Origin: a bacterium
Lineage (GTDB): Bacteria > Zhuqueibacterota > Zhuqueibacteria > Residuimicrobiales > Krinioviventaceae
Direction: 5' to 3'
NCBI GenBank assembly: GCA_963675755.2
Contig: CAXXMD010000002.1
Span: forward strand, 1,728,001-1,792,000
Length of the DNA: 64,000 bases
Shown here in pieces: positions 38,658 to 49,200 of this stretch; the stretch's first letter is position 1, and every line of letters starts with the position of its first letter. The position numbers were made by a program, and so were the translations under genes. The notes under the pieces are model-generated. The model was not told where the DNA came from, did not search any database, and saw only the letters and a program-made list of their open reading frames with translations.

Positions 38658-41600
38658 ATGCACTACACCCGTCTGCGTAGTATAATCCTGGCTGTATTTT
38701 TATCCATATTTTGTATTGCATCATCAAATTTGACAGCACAATCCACAGATCCCATGGAGACACTGAATCTTTTGGCATTCGGCAGTGTGGGACAATTAAA
38801 ATATCAAATGGGCGGCAAGCCCGGTGGAGAAGCGGTTGACCTTGACGATTCGGGTTGGGACGTTACTTTTCCCGGCTACAAATGGCCTCAGGGCAATACC
38901 AATGTATGGTTTCGCAGTACTGCGATTATTCCGGAAAAGCTGGGTGGGTTCTCCCTCATTGGTAGAAAAATGACCCTCTATCTCTATATCGACAACGGCG
39001 GCGATGTTTTTGTAAATGGTGATTCGCTTGGAACGTTCGAATGGGGCACTGCCGAGTTTGTTGTATCTGAGAATCTGCAGCCCGGAGATACATATGTAAT
39101 GGCTGTTCGCGGAATTAATCGTCCCGGTTGGGGCAAGGTGAGCGAGTACCGCATCGAGTACAGCGGAATGGAAGCATTTCAGAAGAAATTGCAGGACAAG
39201 GTCTGGGGATTAATGATCGCCAAGCATGCTGCTCAAACCCTCTCTGAAAAACCGGATTACTGGATAAACGAGATTGACAAAACCGCGGAGCGTATCATCA
39301 ACTCTGATGCCTACAAATCCGGAGATGAAAACGCGTTTCTGGCGGTATTTGATGAGGAAAACAAAGGTCTTGACGGTCTGAAAAAAGAACTTGAGCAATA
39401 TAAAATATTTGCCGCCGGTTATGCCCATATTGATCTTGCATGGCTCTGGCCCTGGATTGAAACTGTCGAGGTAGTCAAGAATACCAGCGAATCGGTTTTA
39501 AACATTATGGACAGAGTACCCGAGTTTAAATACAGTATGGGACAGGCACATGCCTATGAATGGATGGAAATCTATTACCCCAAACTATTCAAAGCCATAC
39601 AGGATAAAGTGAAACAAGGCAAATGGGAGATTGTTGGTGGCCAATGGGTAGAACCGGATGGCAACATTCCCTCTGGCGAGAGTTTTGTACGTCAGTCCCT
39701 GTACGGAAAGCGATATTTTCGGGATAAATTTGGTGTGGATGTCAAGGTCTGCTGGCTACCGGATACGTTCGGATTCAACTGGAACCTGCCGCAGATCCTT
39801 GCGCGCAGTGGCATGGAAGCGTTTCTTACCAAACGTTATCACCTGGACGACAGTAAAAACTTTCCCCATCGATTGTTCCGCTGGTCAAGTCCGGATGGCA
39901 GTTCTATAATCGCATACTGTCCACGAGACGGATATATGCATGACCTGAACGGCGAACAGCTTGTTGATTTTCTGGCAGACGAAAAAACCGAACTGGACAG
40001 TGGTCGGGAACTGGTATTGTATGGTGTAGGAAACCACGGCGGTGGCCCTACCATGGAAATGCTTGAACGGGGACTGCGGGCACAGTCCGCTCCGGCTTAC
40101 CCACAGGTTGAACTGGTAGATTCAAAAAGCTTTTTTGATGCGTACAGCGTAAAAGAAAAAGCCAATCTGGCAAACTGGAACAATGAGCTGTATCTGGAAC
40201 GCTTTCGGGGATGTTATACTTCGCAGGCAAAAACCAAACAGCACAACCGTAAAAGCCAGGTCATGATCAAAACCGCGGAAAAATCCGCAGCCATAGCTTC
40301 TCTTTACGGTTACACTTATCCTTCTGAAAACATATTTGATGTGTGGCGCACCATCATGTTTAACCAGTTTCACGATATATTACCCGGCACTTCTATCCCC
40401 GCGGTGTATCACGATACCGAGATTGAATATACAAAAGCGGAACAGCTCGCCGGGCTCATCACCCAACGATCCATGCAGTCGCTTGCAGAACAAATAGACA
40501 CCCGCGGCAAGGGTGAAGCCCTGCTACTGTTTAATCCTTTATCCTGGGACCGATCAGGTCCGGTTGAGATAGAACTGGACGATCTGGATAAAGAGAAAAT
40601 GTGGAGCGTTCTGGACGAGCATGGTAACGCGGTTGCCTCTCAGATCATAGAAAAGTCCGCTTTGGGTGCAAAACTGTTATTCATTGCTAAAGAGGTTCCC
40701 TCGTACGGTTACAAAGTTTACCGGCTTGTGGAAGGTCATTCTACACAGCGCACTGAACATTTGGAATTTACCCGCACAATGCTTGAAAACCGACACCTCC
40801 GTATAGAAATCGACAAATCCACCGGTCTGGTCAGCCGCATATACGATCGCAATAATGCCAAAGAAGTACTTGCAAATGATAAAGGTAATCAATTACAGCT
40901 TTTGCCAAACGACACCAACGATGCCTGGAACGTACATTTTTCAAAACCACCCATCAATATCGACAATCTGATTGAAACCGAACTGGTAGAAGTGGGACCC
41001 GTACGGGCCACCATCAAGGTTAAATCCGGATATTGCGGTGGAGGCAAACGTGCGCCAACAGAGGATTTTCCCACCTCTTTTTTCACCCAGTACATCTCTT
41101 TGTATGATGGATTACCGTACATGGAAGTAAGGAATGAGGTCGTGTGGTGGGAAGACCAAAAGGTGCTCAAGGTCAAATTCCCCCTCAATGTTCAGGCGGA
41201 TACCGCTCGTTACGAGATCCCCTACGGCAGTATTGGGCGTCCCACCGGCACTGAAACCGCCTTTGAAAAAGCACGCTATGAAGTCCCGGCGCAACGCTGG
41301 GCAGATTTGTCCGACGGTAGTTTTGGTGTCAGTCTCATCAACGATTGTAAACACGGATACGACATTAAAGGCAGCGACATGCGGCTCTCTTTACTGCGCG
41401 CGCCTACGTATCCCGATCCCCTGGCTGATCGGGGATACCAGCATTTCAACTATGCTATCTATCCGCACAAGGGCGATTATGTGCAAGGTAATGTAACCCG
41501 CCAGGGATACGCCTTTAACGAACCCATCTATGCCCTGCGCACGGGTTCTCACAAGGGAAGTCTGTCAAAATCGTATTCGTTTGTTCAGATCGATGCGGAC

Positions 41601-41846
41601 AATGTAATACTAAATGCATTGAAAAAATCAGAAGACGACAACGACTGGATTGTTCGGGTATATGAAACCGCGGGCCAATCTACTTCCGTCAATGTGACCT
41701 TTGACCGGCAGGTATCCGCTGCTCAGGAAGTGAACCTGATTGAAGATCCCATAGGTGATGTAAAAACTATCAAAAACGGATTCACATTTGACATCAAGCC
41801 CCGCGAAATCCGGAGTTTTAAGGTAAGGCTGGACTCTGATAGATAG
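38658..41846 (+). CDS. GH38 alpha-mannosidase, exported
   Basis: AHIDLAWLWP, WLPDTFG, GNHGGG, NQFHDILPG and LSLLRAP motifs. Confidence 0.95.
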   Translation: MHYTRLRSIILAVFLSIFCIASSNLTAQSTDPMETLNLLAFGSVGQLKYQMGGKPGGEAVDLDDSGWDVTFPGYKWPQGNTNVWFRSTAIIPEKLGGFSLIGRKMTLYLYIDNGGDVFVNGDSLGTFEWGTAEFVVSENLQPGDTYVMAVRGINRPGWGKVSEYRIEYSGMEAFQKKLQDKVWGLMIAKHAAQTLSEKPDYWINEIDKTAERIINSDAYKSGDENAFLAVFDEENKGLDGLKKELEQYKIFAAGYAHIDLAWLWPWIETVEVVKNTSESVLNIMDRVPEFKYSMGQAHAYEWMEIYYPKLFKAIQDKVKQGKWEIVGGQWVEPDGNIPSGESFVRQSLYGKRYFRDKFGVDVKVCWLPDTFGFNWNLPQILARSGMEAFLTKRYHLDDSKNFPHRLFRWSSPDGSSIIAYCPRDGYMHDLNGEQLVDFLADEKTELDSGRELVLYGVGNHGGGPTMEMLERGLRAQSAPAYPQVELVDSKSFFDAYSVKEKANLANWNNELYLERFRGCYTSQAKTKQHNRKSQVMIKTAEKSAAIASLYGYTYPSENIFDVWRTIMFNQFHDILPGTSIPAVYHDTEIEYTKAEQLAGLITQRSMQSLAEQIDTRGKGEALLLFNPLSWDRSGPVEIELDDLDKEKMWSVLDEHGNAVASQIIEKSALGAKLLFIAKEVPSYGYKVYRLVEGHSTQRTEHLEFTRTMLENRHLRIEIDKSTGLVSRIYDRNNAKEVLANDKGNQLQLLPNDTNDAWNVHFSKPPINIDNLIETELVEVGPVRATIKVKSGYCGGGKRAPTEDFPTSFFTQYISLYDGLPYMEVRNEVVWWEDQKVLKVKFPLNVQADTARYEIPYGSIGRPTGTETAFEKARYEVPAQRWADLSDGSFGVSLINDCKHGYDIKGSDMRLSLLRAPTYPDPLADRGYQHFNYAIYPHKGDYVQGNVTRQGYAFNEPIYALRTGSHKGSLSKSYSFVQIDADNVILNALKKSEDDNDWIVRVYETAGQSTSVNVTFDRQVSAAQEVNLIEDPIGDVKTIKNGFTFDIKPREIRSFKVRLDSDR

Positions 41847-41863
41847 TAAGGGCGGACCTGCGT
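41846..41863 (+). repeat. REP-like palindrome, copy 3 (truncated), abutting the GH38 stop codon
   Basis: GTAAGGGCGGACCTGCGT. Confidence 0.75.
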
Positions 41864-41882
41864 ACTCATTCACTTTTCCATT

Positions 41883-41910
41883 CTCGTGCCCAGGCTCTGC
41901 CTGGGTACGA
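41883..41910 (+). repeat. REP-like palindrome; inverted partner of 43073-43101
   Basis: CTCGTGCCCAGGC-tct-GCCTGGGTACGA. Confidence 0.7.
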
Positions 41911-41915
41911 TTTGA

Positions 41916-42749
41916 TTAATCGCCATCCCCTTTTACTAGCCCATTATTTTCAGACCTGAAATAGAAATACAGGTATCCTGCGGCAATTGCTCCACCAAAA
42001 TGCCAGAACGCATGCAGTTGAAACAAGCTTGAAGGATAACAAACAATCTTGTATGTATCAAGCAGCCAGATACCAAATGAAAACAACATGATAAAAAAAG
42101 CGTAAATCGGGAATCTGGCATTTACATCCCATTTCTTTTTCCATCTAATTTTAATCTCTAAAAAAATGCCGGCCAACAATGTTGCACCAAACGCATATCG
42201 CCTGAATACAGGTTGTGCAATTAAAAGATATACCAGAATAAAATTCAAGACACCAAACAGTATAATAACAAGGTACGTCTTTATTGAATAGAGTCGTGAA
42301 AGATTATATACAATAAAAAAACTTGAAAAAATGTACATTCCCATAACATCAAAAGTCTGCCCAACAAAAGAAAGTGATGCATGAAAAAATGCGCTCCCCA
42401 ATCCAATTACAATCATGGATATACTAAATATAACAGCATAAATATATTTAAATGGAATTGCATTATTTCCAGGTATTGTTGATCGGTTACGTTTATCAAC
42501 GTTGGCATGGGCCAAGGTAAGAAACCCAAGTAAAGTAAATGCAAGGGATGACCACGCATTTACGGGCTGTTTTACGGTGCCATCTCGTACCATTTCACAA
42601 AAACAACCCAGCTTGGTGGACAAACATGTTGCAGGGCTCCAGTCCGCCCATGAATACTCGATTTTACTGATAAATGCCAATACAATAACCAGAAGGCTAA
42701 ACAACAGGATTGGAAAGTAAAAATGTTTTGAATTATCAACTGAAATCAC
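41916..42749 (-). CDS. Ceramidase-like (CREST family) membrane hydrolase
   Basis: FCE, QPVNAWSS, GSAFFH, D and HAFWH motifs; about 7 TMs. Confidence 0.85.
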   Translation of the reverse strand: MISVDNSKHFYFPILLFSLLVIVLAFISKIEYSWADWSPATCLSTKLGCFCEMVRDGTVKQPVNAWSSLAFTLLGFLTLAHANVDKRNRSTIPGNNAIPFKYIYAVIFSISMIVIGLGSAFFHASLSFVGQTFDVMGMYIFSSFFIVYNLSRLYSIKTYLVIILFGVLNFILVYLLIAQPVFRRYAFGATLLAGIFLEIKIRWKKKWDVNARFPIYAFFIMLFSFGIWLLDTYKIVCYPSSLFQLHAFWHFGGAIAAGYLYFYFRSENNGLVKGDGD

Positions 42750-42929
42750 GGGGTCTGTGCCTTTTTATAATTCTATAGAATATAAAAATCCTGCAACAAA
42801 TCAAAATAATTTTATTTTCCTTCGTCCAAACCGCAAGTAGTTAACTCTACTAAAGGTTCGGAATATTTACCAGGACGTTTGTCCTGCAAACAAAAATGTG
42901 AATTGATTAGTTGCAGGTATAAAATTGTT

Positions 42930-42985
42930 TTCGGGATAAATATCCCGGATGAATAGATCGCGATGCAGGAATCTGCATCGCGATC
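42930..42985. repeat. Double-hairpin REP-like unit, homologous to 32016-32071
   Basis: TTCGGGATAAATATCCCG...GATCGCGATGCAG-gaat-CTGCATCGCGATC. Confidence 0.65.
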
Positions 42986-43072
42986 CATACAGGAGTTTCG
43001 GACGGAGTAATAGAGGGTATATTTAAATCCTGATAATCCTTAAATCCTGTTAATCAAGGTGCATTTATACAC

Positions 43073-43101
43073 CTGGCCCCAAGGCAGAGCCTTGGAACCA
43101 G
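43073..43101 (-). repeat. REP-like palindrome; inverted partner of 41883-41910
   Basis: CTGGCCCCAAGGC-aga-GCCTTGGAACCAG. Confidence 0.7.
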
Positions 43102-43126
43102 GGAAAAAACAAGGGCCGGTCAAGTC

Positions 43127-43152
43127 GTAAGGGCGGACCTGCGTGTCCGCCC
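43127..43152 (+). repeat. REP-like palindrome, copy 4
   Basis: GTAAGGGCGGACCTGCGTGTCCGCCC. Confidence 0.85.
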
Positions 43153-43203
43153 GAAAATCTCCTTTAAGACAAAAAAATCAGGGTTCCTTTTTATTGAAAG
43201 AAA

Positions 43204-44154
43204 TTGTATATTCCATCTGTTACAGTAACAAAACAAAATCGGAGGTGCATTATCAAATCCGGAAAGAATAGCAATTTCATCATCTCCCGCCGGGATTTTC
43301 TCAAAGCCTCGGCAGCTGTAACCGCAGGTCTGGGCACACTTTCCCTTGCCTCCTGCGGCAAGCGTTCACCCCTCACATTCGGTATGGTAACGGATCTGCA
43401 TTACGCGGATATTGATACACGCGGCACACGCCATTACCGTGAATCTGCGGACAAGCTCCTCTCCTGCATCAACACGCTGAATCCGTTAAAACCGGATTTC
43501 CTCATCGAGTTGGGTGATTATAAGGACCAGGGCACCCCTCCGGATGAACAGTATACCTTGCGCTATCTCGAGGTGATCGAGTCCGTGTTTAAAACATTCG
43601 AGGGTCCCCGTTATCACGTGCTGGGCAATCACGATATGGACAGCCTCTCCAAACAGCAATTCATGGATACGGTCGACAATGCCAATATTCCCCATGCCTC
43701 TACACATTACAGTTTCGACGTCAAAGGTGTGCACATGGTGGTACTGGACGCCAACTATAACAATGACGGCACAGATTATGATCACGGCAATTATGATTGG
43801 ACCGATGCCAATATCAATCCCGATCAGCTTGACTGGTTGGAGCATGATCTGGCGCTCTCTCCTTTTCCGGCAATCATCTTTGTTCATCAATTGCTGGATG
43901 GCAGCGGAAAGCATTATGTCAACAATTCAGTAGCGGTGCGGGCCATTCTGCAAAAGCACAAAGTACTTGCCGTGTTCCAGGGACATCAACATGCGGGGCA
44001 ATATAACCAGGTTGAGGGTATTCATTATTATACCTTAAAAGCCATGGTAGAAGGCGGTGGCCCGGACAACTCGTCTTTTGCATTGGTACAGGTACACAAA
44101 AATTACGATATTAGTATTACCGGATATAAACAGGCGGAGAGTTTAGAACTTTAA
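43204..44154 (+). CDS. Tat-exported calcineurin-like metallophosphoesterase (start uncertain)
   Basis: SRRDFLK; DLH, GD, GNHD and GHQH motifs. Confidence 0.88.
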   Translation: MYIPSVTVTKQNRRCIIKSGKNSNFIISRRDFLKASAAVTAGLGTLSLASCGKRSPLTFGMVTDLHYADIDTRGTRHYRESADKLLSCINTLNPLKPDFLIELGDYKDQGTPPDEQYTLRYLEVIESVFKTFEGPRYHVLGNHDMDSLSKQQFMDTVDNANIPHASTHYSFDVKGVHMVVLDANYNNDGTDYDHGNYDWTDANINPDQLDWLEHDLALSPFPAIIFVHQLLDGSGKHYVNNSVAVRAILQKHKVLAVFQGHQHAGQYNQVEGIHYYTLKAMVEGGGPDNSSFALVQVHKNYDISITGYKQAESLEL

Positions 44155-44158
44155 TTAA

Positions 44159-44190
44159 TCCTCCCGATGGGCTTAAATCCCTCGGGAGGA
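44159..44190. repeat. Intergenic hairpin (REP-like or terminator)
   Basis: TCCTCCCGATGG...CCCTCGGGAGGA. Confidence 0.5.
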
Positions 44191-44228
44191 TATTCTTACT
44201 AAAAACATATTTAATAACGAGGGATAGC

Positions 44229-46127
44229 ATGAAAAAAGTAGCTGGTTTATTGGTCATAACAGTAGTACTCGTTGTATCCGCTTGCACCCAAAATCATGAA
44301 ATCCATGTCTCCAAATCCGGGAACGATTCCAATCCCGGAACATCCCAAAAACCTTTACAAACCATACAGGCAGCCGCAAACAAGGCCCAGCCAGGCGATA
44401 TTATCACCGTGCATGAGGGAATATTTCGTGAACGCATCGATCCTCCCCGCGGCGGCGAATCGGATACCCAAAGAATCGTCTATCAGGCGGCCCCCGGCGA
44501 AAAAGTCGAGATCAAAGGCTCAGAGATCATCAAAGGCTGGCAAAAAAATCCGGATGGACTCTGGCAGATCAGCATTGCCAATTCCTTTTTTGGCGATTAC
44601 AATCCCTACGCAGACAGTATCTATGGCGACTGGTTCAATGATCGCGGCAGAATCCACCATACCGGTGATGTTTATCTGAACGGCAAATCCCTTTATGAAG
44701 TAGAGACGCTTGATCGGGTATTACATCCTGTTCCTGAAAAAGAAGCCGTGGACAAGACAGGCTCCTTATACACCTGGTATTGTGAGACCACTCCGGATTC
44801 TACAAAAATCTGGGCCAATTTCCACGAGTTTGATCCCAATCAGGAACTAGTCGAGATCAATGTAAGAGAAGCCTGCTTTTATCCCCGTGAAACCGGCAGG
44901 AATTACATCACAATACGCGGATTTGAAATGAGCCAGGCCGCGACACAATGGCCCGCCCCCACGGCAGAACAACCCGGGCTCATTGGCACCAATTGGAGCA
45001 TGGGCTGGATCATTGAAGACAATATCGTTCACGATTCCAGATGCGCGGGCATTACCCTGGGCAAAGACCGGGCAAGCGGCCACAATGTGTGGTCCAAAGA
45101 TCCTTCCAAAGGTGGCGCCGAGCATTACAACGAGGTCATCGAACGCGTACTTGCCAATGGCTGGCAAAAAGGCAACATCGGCTCGCATATCGTCAGAAAC
45201 AATACCATCTACAATTGTGAGCAATCCGGCATTTGCGGCAGCATGGGCGCGGCATTCTGCGAAATCACCAACAATCATATTTATAACATCTGGTACAAAA
45301 GGCAATTCAACGGTGCAGAAATTTCCGGCATCAAATTCCATGGTGCAATCGATACCATCATCAAAGGCAACAGTGTTCACGACAGTCAAAAAGGTCTCTG
45401 GCTCGACTGGATGACCCAGGGTACCCATGTGAGCAGCAATCTGTTTTACAACAATAACGAGGACTTTTTCGCCGAAGTCAATCACGGGCCATACCTGGTA
45501 AACAATAATCTGTTTTTATCTGCAACTGCAATACGAAACTGGTCCGAAGGCGGAGCCTATATACACAACCTCATCGCCGGTACACTCCGAAGTCGACCGC
45601 AGACACGCCATACACCTCATCTACAGCACCATTCCACAGCATTAGCTGGACTCTCCACCACTACCTGCGGAGATGACCGGTATTATAACAATATCTTTAT
45701 TGGCGGCACCAAAGACACTGAAAAATTGAGTAATGAGGAACGCAAAGTGGGCTATGGACTGTCGATCTATGACAACTGGGGATTTCCGGTCCAGGCAAGT
45801 GGCAATGTCTATTACAATGGAGCCAAACCCATGAGTAATGAAAAAGCCGAACTGATCAGCTCTACAAATCCCGATATAAAAATCGAGAAACAAGATGGCC
45901 ACACCTACATCTCGTTCAACATGCCTGACATGGACCAGGATTTTGACACACAAATGATCACATCCCCGATGTTGGGTGTATCAAAGATCGGTGAATTACC
46001 CTTTGAAAATCCGGATGGAACCGCTTTTGTCATTGATACGGATTATAACAATGTTCCACGAGATGTGGAACACCCTACTCCCGGTCCGTTTGAGGAGCCT
46101 GATGGAACACGCGTGCAGGTCAGATAA
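44229..46127 (+). CDS. Right-handed beta-helix glycosidase (GH120 beta-xylosidase-like), lipoprotein
   Basis: Lipobox VSAC; G.D.NPG...P..TI..AA; ATQWPAPTAEQ; WLDWM.QG. Confidence 0.85.
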   Translation: MKKVAGLLVITVVLVVSACTQNHEIHVSKSGNDSNPGTSQKPLQTIQAAANKAQPGDIITVHEGIFRERIDPPRGGESDTQRIVYQAAPGEKVEIKGSEIIKGWQKNPDGLWQISIANSFFGDYNPYADSIYGDWFNDRGRIHHTGDVYLNGKSLYEVETLDRVLHPVPEKEAVDKTGSLYTWYCETTPDSTKIWANFHEFDPNQELVEINVREACFYPRETGRNYITIRGFEMSQAATQWPAPTAEQPGLIGTNWSMGWIIEDNIVHDSRCAGITLGKDRASGHNVWSKDPSKGGAEHYNEVIERVLANGWQKGNIGSHIVRNNTIYNCEQSGICGSMGAAFCEITNNHIYNIWYKRQFNGAEISGIKFHGAIDTIIKGNSVHDSQKGLWLDWMTQGTHVSSNLFYNNNEDFFAEVNHGPYLVNNNLFLSATAIRNWSEGGAYIHNLIAGTLRSRPQTRHTPHLQHHSTALAGLSTTTCGDDRYYNNIFIGGTKDTEKLSNEERKVGYGLSIYDNWGFPVQASGNVYYNGAKPMSNEKAELISSTNPDIKIEKQDGHTYISFNMPDMDQDFDTQMITSPMLGVSKIGELPFENPDGTAFVIDTDYNNVPRDVEHPTPGPFEEPDGTRVQVR

Positions 46128-46216
46128 AAAACGATAGCTTGCAATAAATCAGTACAATTATTTGTTGATAAATTGAATTATTTCAAATCAACATTATATT
46201 TTTTTGCAGGATAAAG

Positions 46217-49200
46217 ATGGACAATCACATTCAGGTTGAGTATACAAAAGAACTAGAAACAGTTCTCGGAAAACTGGACAAAATCACATTAAAACAGGCA
46301 TCCACCCTGTTCAATGCTTGGCAAAACAAACATTTTGAACAGTTGCAATCCTGTGAAATCATTTGCAAAAACGGTCAAAACAGCCTTTTTGTTCTGTTTG
46401 AAATCGATTTTTCTTCACTCAACTATTGGCAGGAATTAGACGCATTTGTTCATCAGTTATTGGACTGGTTACAGGGATTGGATACAACCGAAACCGATCT
46501 GTTTACCATTCCCTCAAGAGAAGCATTTGAAACAAAATATAATAAAGTCATTAACGGCTGTCCTGATAATCTGGAGCTGCAAATAACCGATCAATGGTGG
46601 AAAGCCCTTGCAGATGATACCCTGCGAATAAACATGTGGAAATGGCTTAATCGCCGTCGCCATGCTATTCAAAGAAACAATCTGAAACTCGGTAACAAGA
46701 TACGGGGATGGTCAAAAAAATCTGCAAAAGCATTACAGCAGGAAACACGCACCATCAATATGCAGGCATTTTTACAATATTATTATACCAGTTCCATATA
46801 TCCATTGATGATACAGAAAAGTTCACAATGTCATCAGCATATAGTATCCAATTATGAAAAACTGCACCACACGGTAAACAGCCTGTTGGACACCTTGTTC
46901 GCTATTCAGGAATTCCAAACCACCCTGGAAACCGGCAGCCCCTCGTTACTCAGGCAAAAAGCGAGCACGGCGGAAAACAGTATCCAGGAAATACAGGCAT
47001 TACTGTCAGATCAGAAAACCATTCTCGATCAAATACAGGATGACCTGAAATCCGGATTAGACTCCAGCAATGCGAAACTCATTAAAAACTGGAATTATGC
47101 AGGGACAGCCTTGCTTCCCGCACCCGTGTTCCATAGCAACAAGACCGAAAGTCAATGGCAAAAGAACCAGCAGGCACTAGATAAATCTTTTAACAGATGG
47201 AAATCTGTACTAGAGAGTGAAAAACAGGACTGGAAAAAAGACCTGGAACTTTCTCAACTGCAGATTCATACCATTATCACCAGTGTTGAAACCATAGAAA
47301 CCCTGCACCAGAAAATATTTGAACATATCTTGCCAACATTTCAGGATCCCCGATCCATGCTTCAGGACGCATTGGAAAAATTCAAAGATATGGAACAAAA
47401 TCCCAATGCTGAACTGAAAAAAGAAATACTCTCCGAAAACCGGATGACAATCCGTACACTTCGCAGAGAAAAGATCCCTAAAATTGTCGATACCATGCAA
47501 CAGGCCCAAATCCTGAAAACCCTTGAGAACTATCTCTCCCGCATCCGGTATAACGCGGAAAAATTGCCTGAACGGCAAAGTATACTTGATGCAAAAGAGA
47601 AAAAGATTGCCGAAGTTCCCCTGAAAGCCCTGATGATGGAAGAGGTTTTCCCGAAACTGGCCCAATCTCATGCACAAATCATGTCAGAGATTCAGCAAAA
47701 AACAGACAAGATCATTCGTGACATTCTGGAAGTTGATCAGATTGTTGAATTCAATTTCATAGCTGCATTGGATGTATTGGAGCAGGAACAGGCAGGCAAC
47801 CAGGAATCGATCAAAGTCGTCATTGAGGGACTCACCCGGGCCAACAACCAATTCTCAACACTGGCTGACAATTGCACAGAAATCAACCAGATTGCCAGGG
47901 ATTGGTTAATAAAATCTACATTTTCTTTTCAGTCCCAGGTCCACGAACTGGAAAACAGCGAAAAGATCAACGAACTGCAAATCCGGGTAGCCAAGGCCCA
48001 CACACGTGACAAGATCCGGCAGTACAAAAACAACTTTTTCACAAGCTTGAAAAAACTGCTGCCGGCCGCAATATTATTTATGCGGAATTCTTTTCAAAGT
48101 ATCAATTCCAATTATCAGAATATTAAAAAAATAACCGGACTGGGAACCATTCAACCGGACAGTGAACAACGCATTACCCGTTTTCTGCACGATTCTCAGA
48201 AACAACTGGATAAAATGCCATACGTATACCAGCGTTTGTTCAGACCTGCTCCGCTCGATGATGAACGATTTTTCGCCGGTAGAGACACCGAGCTTGAAAA
48301 GATCAAAGATATCTTTGCAAACTGGAAAACCCATCCCTATTCCGCAACCGCCATTGTGGGTGAAAATGGCAGCGGAAGGACCACATTACTGCATTTTGCG
48401 GAATCGCAGGTCTTTCGAGGCTACCCGGTAATGAAACTGGAATTAAACAAAACCATAACCAAGCCTGAGGACCTCTTTACCCGCCTGTCAGAAACGCTGA
48501 CCCAATTTGACGCAGAAACCCTGGATACTCTGGAAACAGAGATCAACAGCTCTGATAACCGTCTGGTGTGTATTGTAGAAAATGCACATAAATTGTTTTT
48601 ACGCACGGTAAATGGATTTGAAGCGCTTGAACGTTTTTTGTTATTTGTCTCGCGCACTCAGCAAAAGATATTCTGGGTTATCACATTCGGAATTTACAGT
48701 TGGAAATACCTAAATAAATCCATAGGTATATCCAGATATTTGGGAAATATCATTACACTTTCAGATATGCCCTTGTCCCAGATCGAAGCGATCATTTTAA
48801 AAAGACATCGGGTGAGCGGATATCGTCTGCAGTTTGAAGGTGAACCGGCATTGCTTGAATCCAGAAAATACAAAAAACTGGCATCCGAGGAATTACAACA
48901 GGAATTTTTGAAAAACGTTTATTTTGAACAACTTAATCGCCAATCATTGGGTAACATAACCGTAGCGCTGCTGCTCTGGCTTTTATCAATTCGTGAAATC
49001 AAAGAAGATAAACTGATCATCTCTCCCATTATCGAGTATGATGTTTCATTTTTACAGCAAATCTCACAGGATATTGTATTTACCTTTGCTGCATTTCTTC
49101 AACACCACATCCTGAATGAAGCTGAATATGCAGCCATTTTTCGCACCAATAATCAAAACAGCACCATGCAGCTTGAAAACCTTCGCAACAAGGGATTGTT

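Noticed and set aside
36284-43152. Classical integron attC array
   Set aside because: Repeats are too short, lack R''/R' boxes, and no intI is present; kept only as an analogy
44847-45485. 212-aa minus-strand ORF
   Set aside because: Antisense shadow of the GH120-like gene
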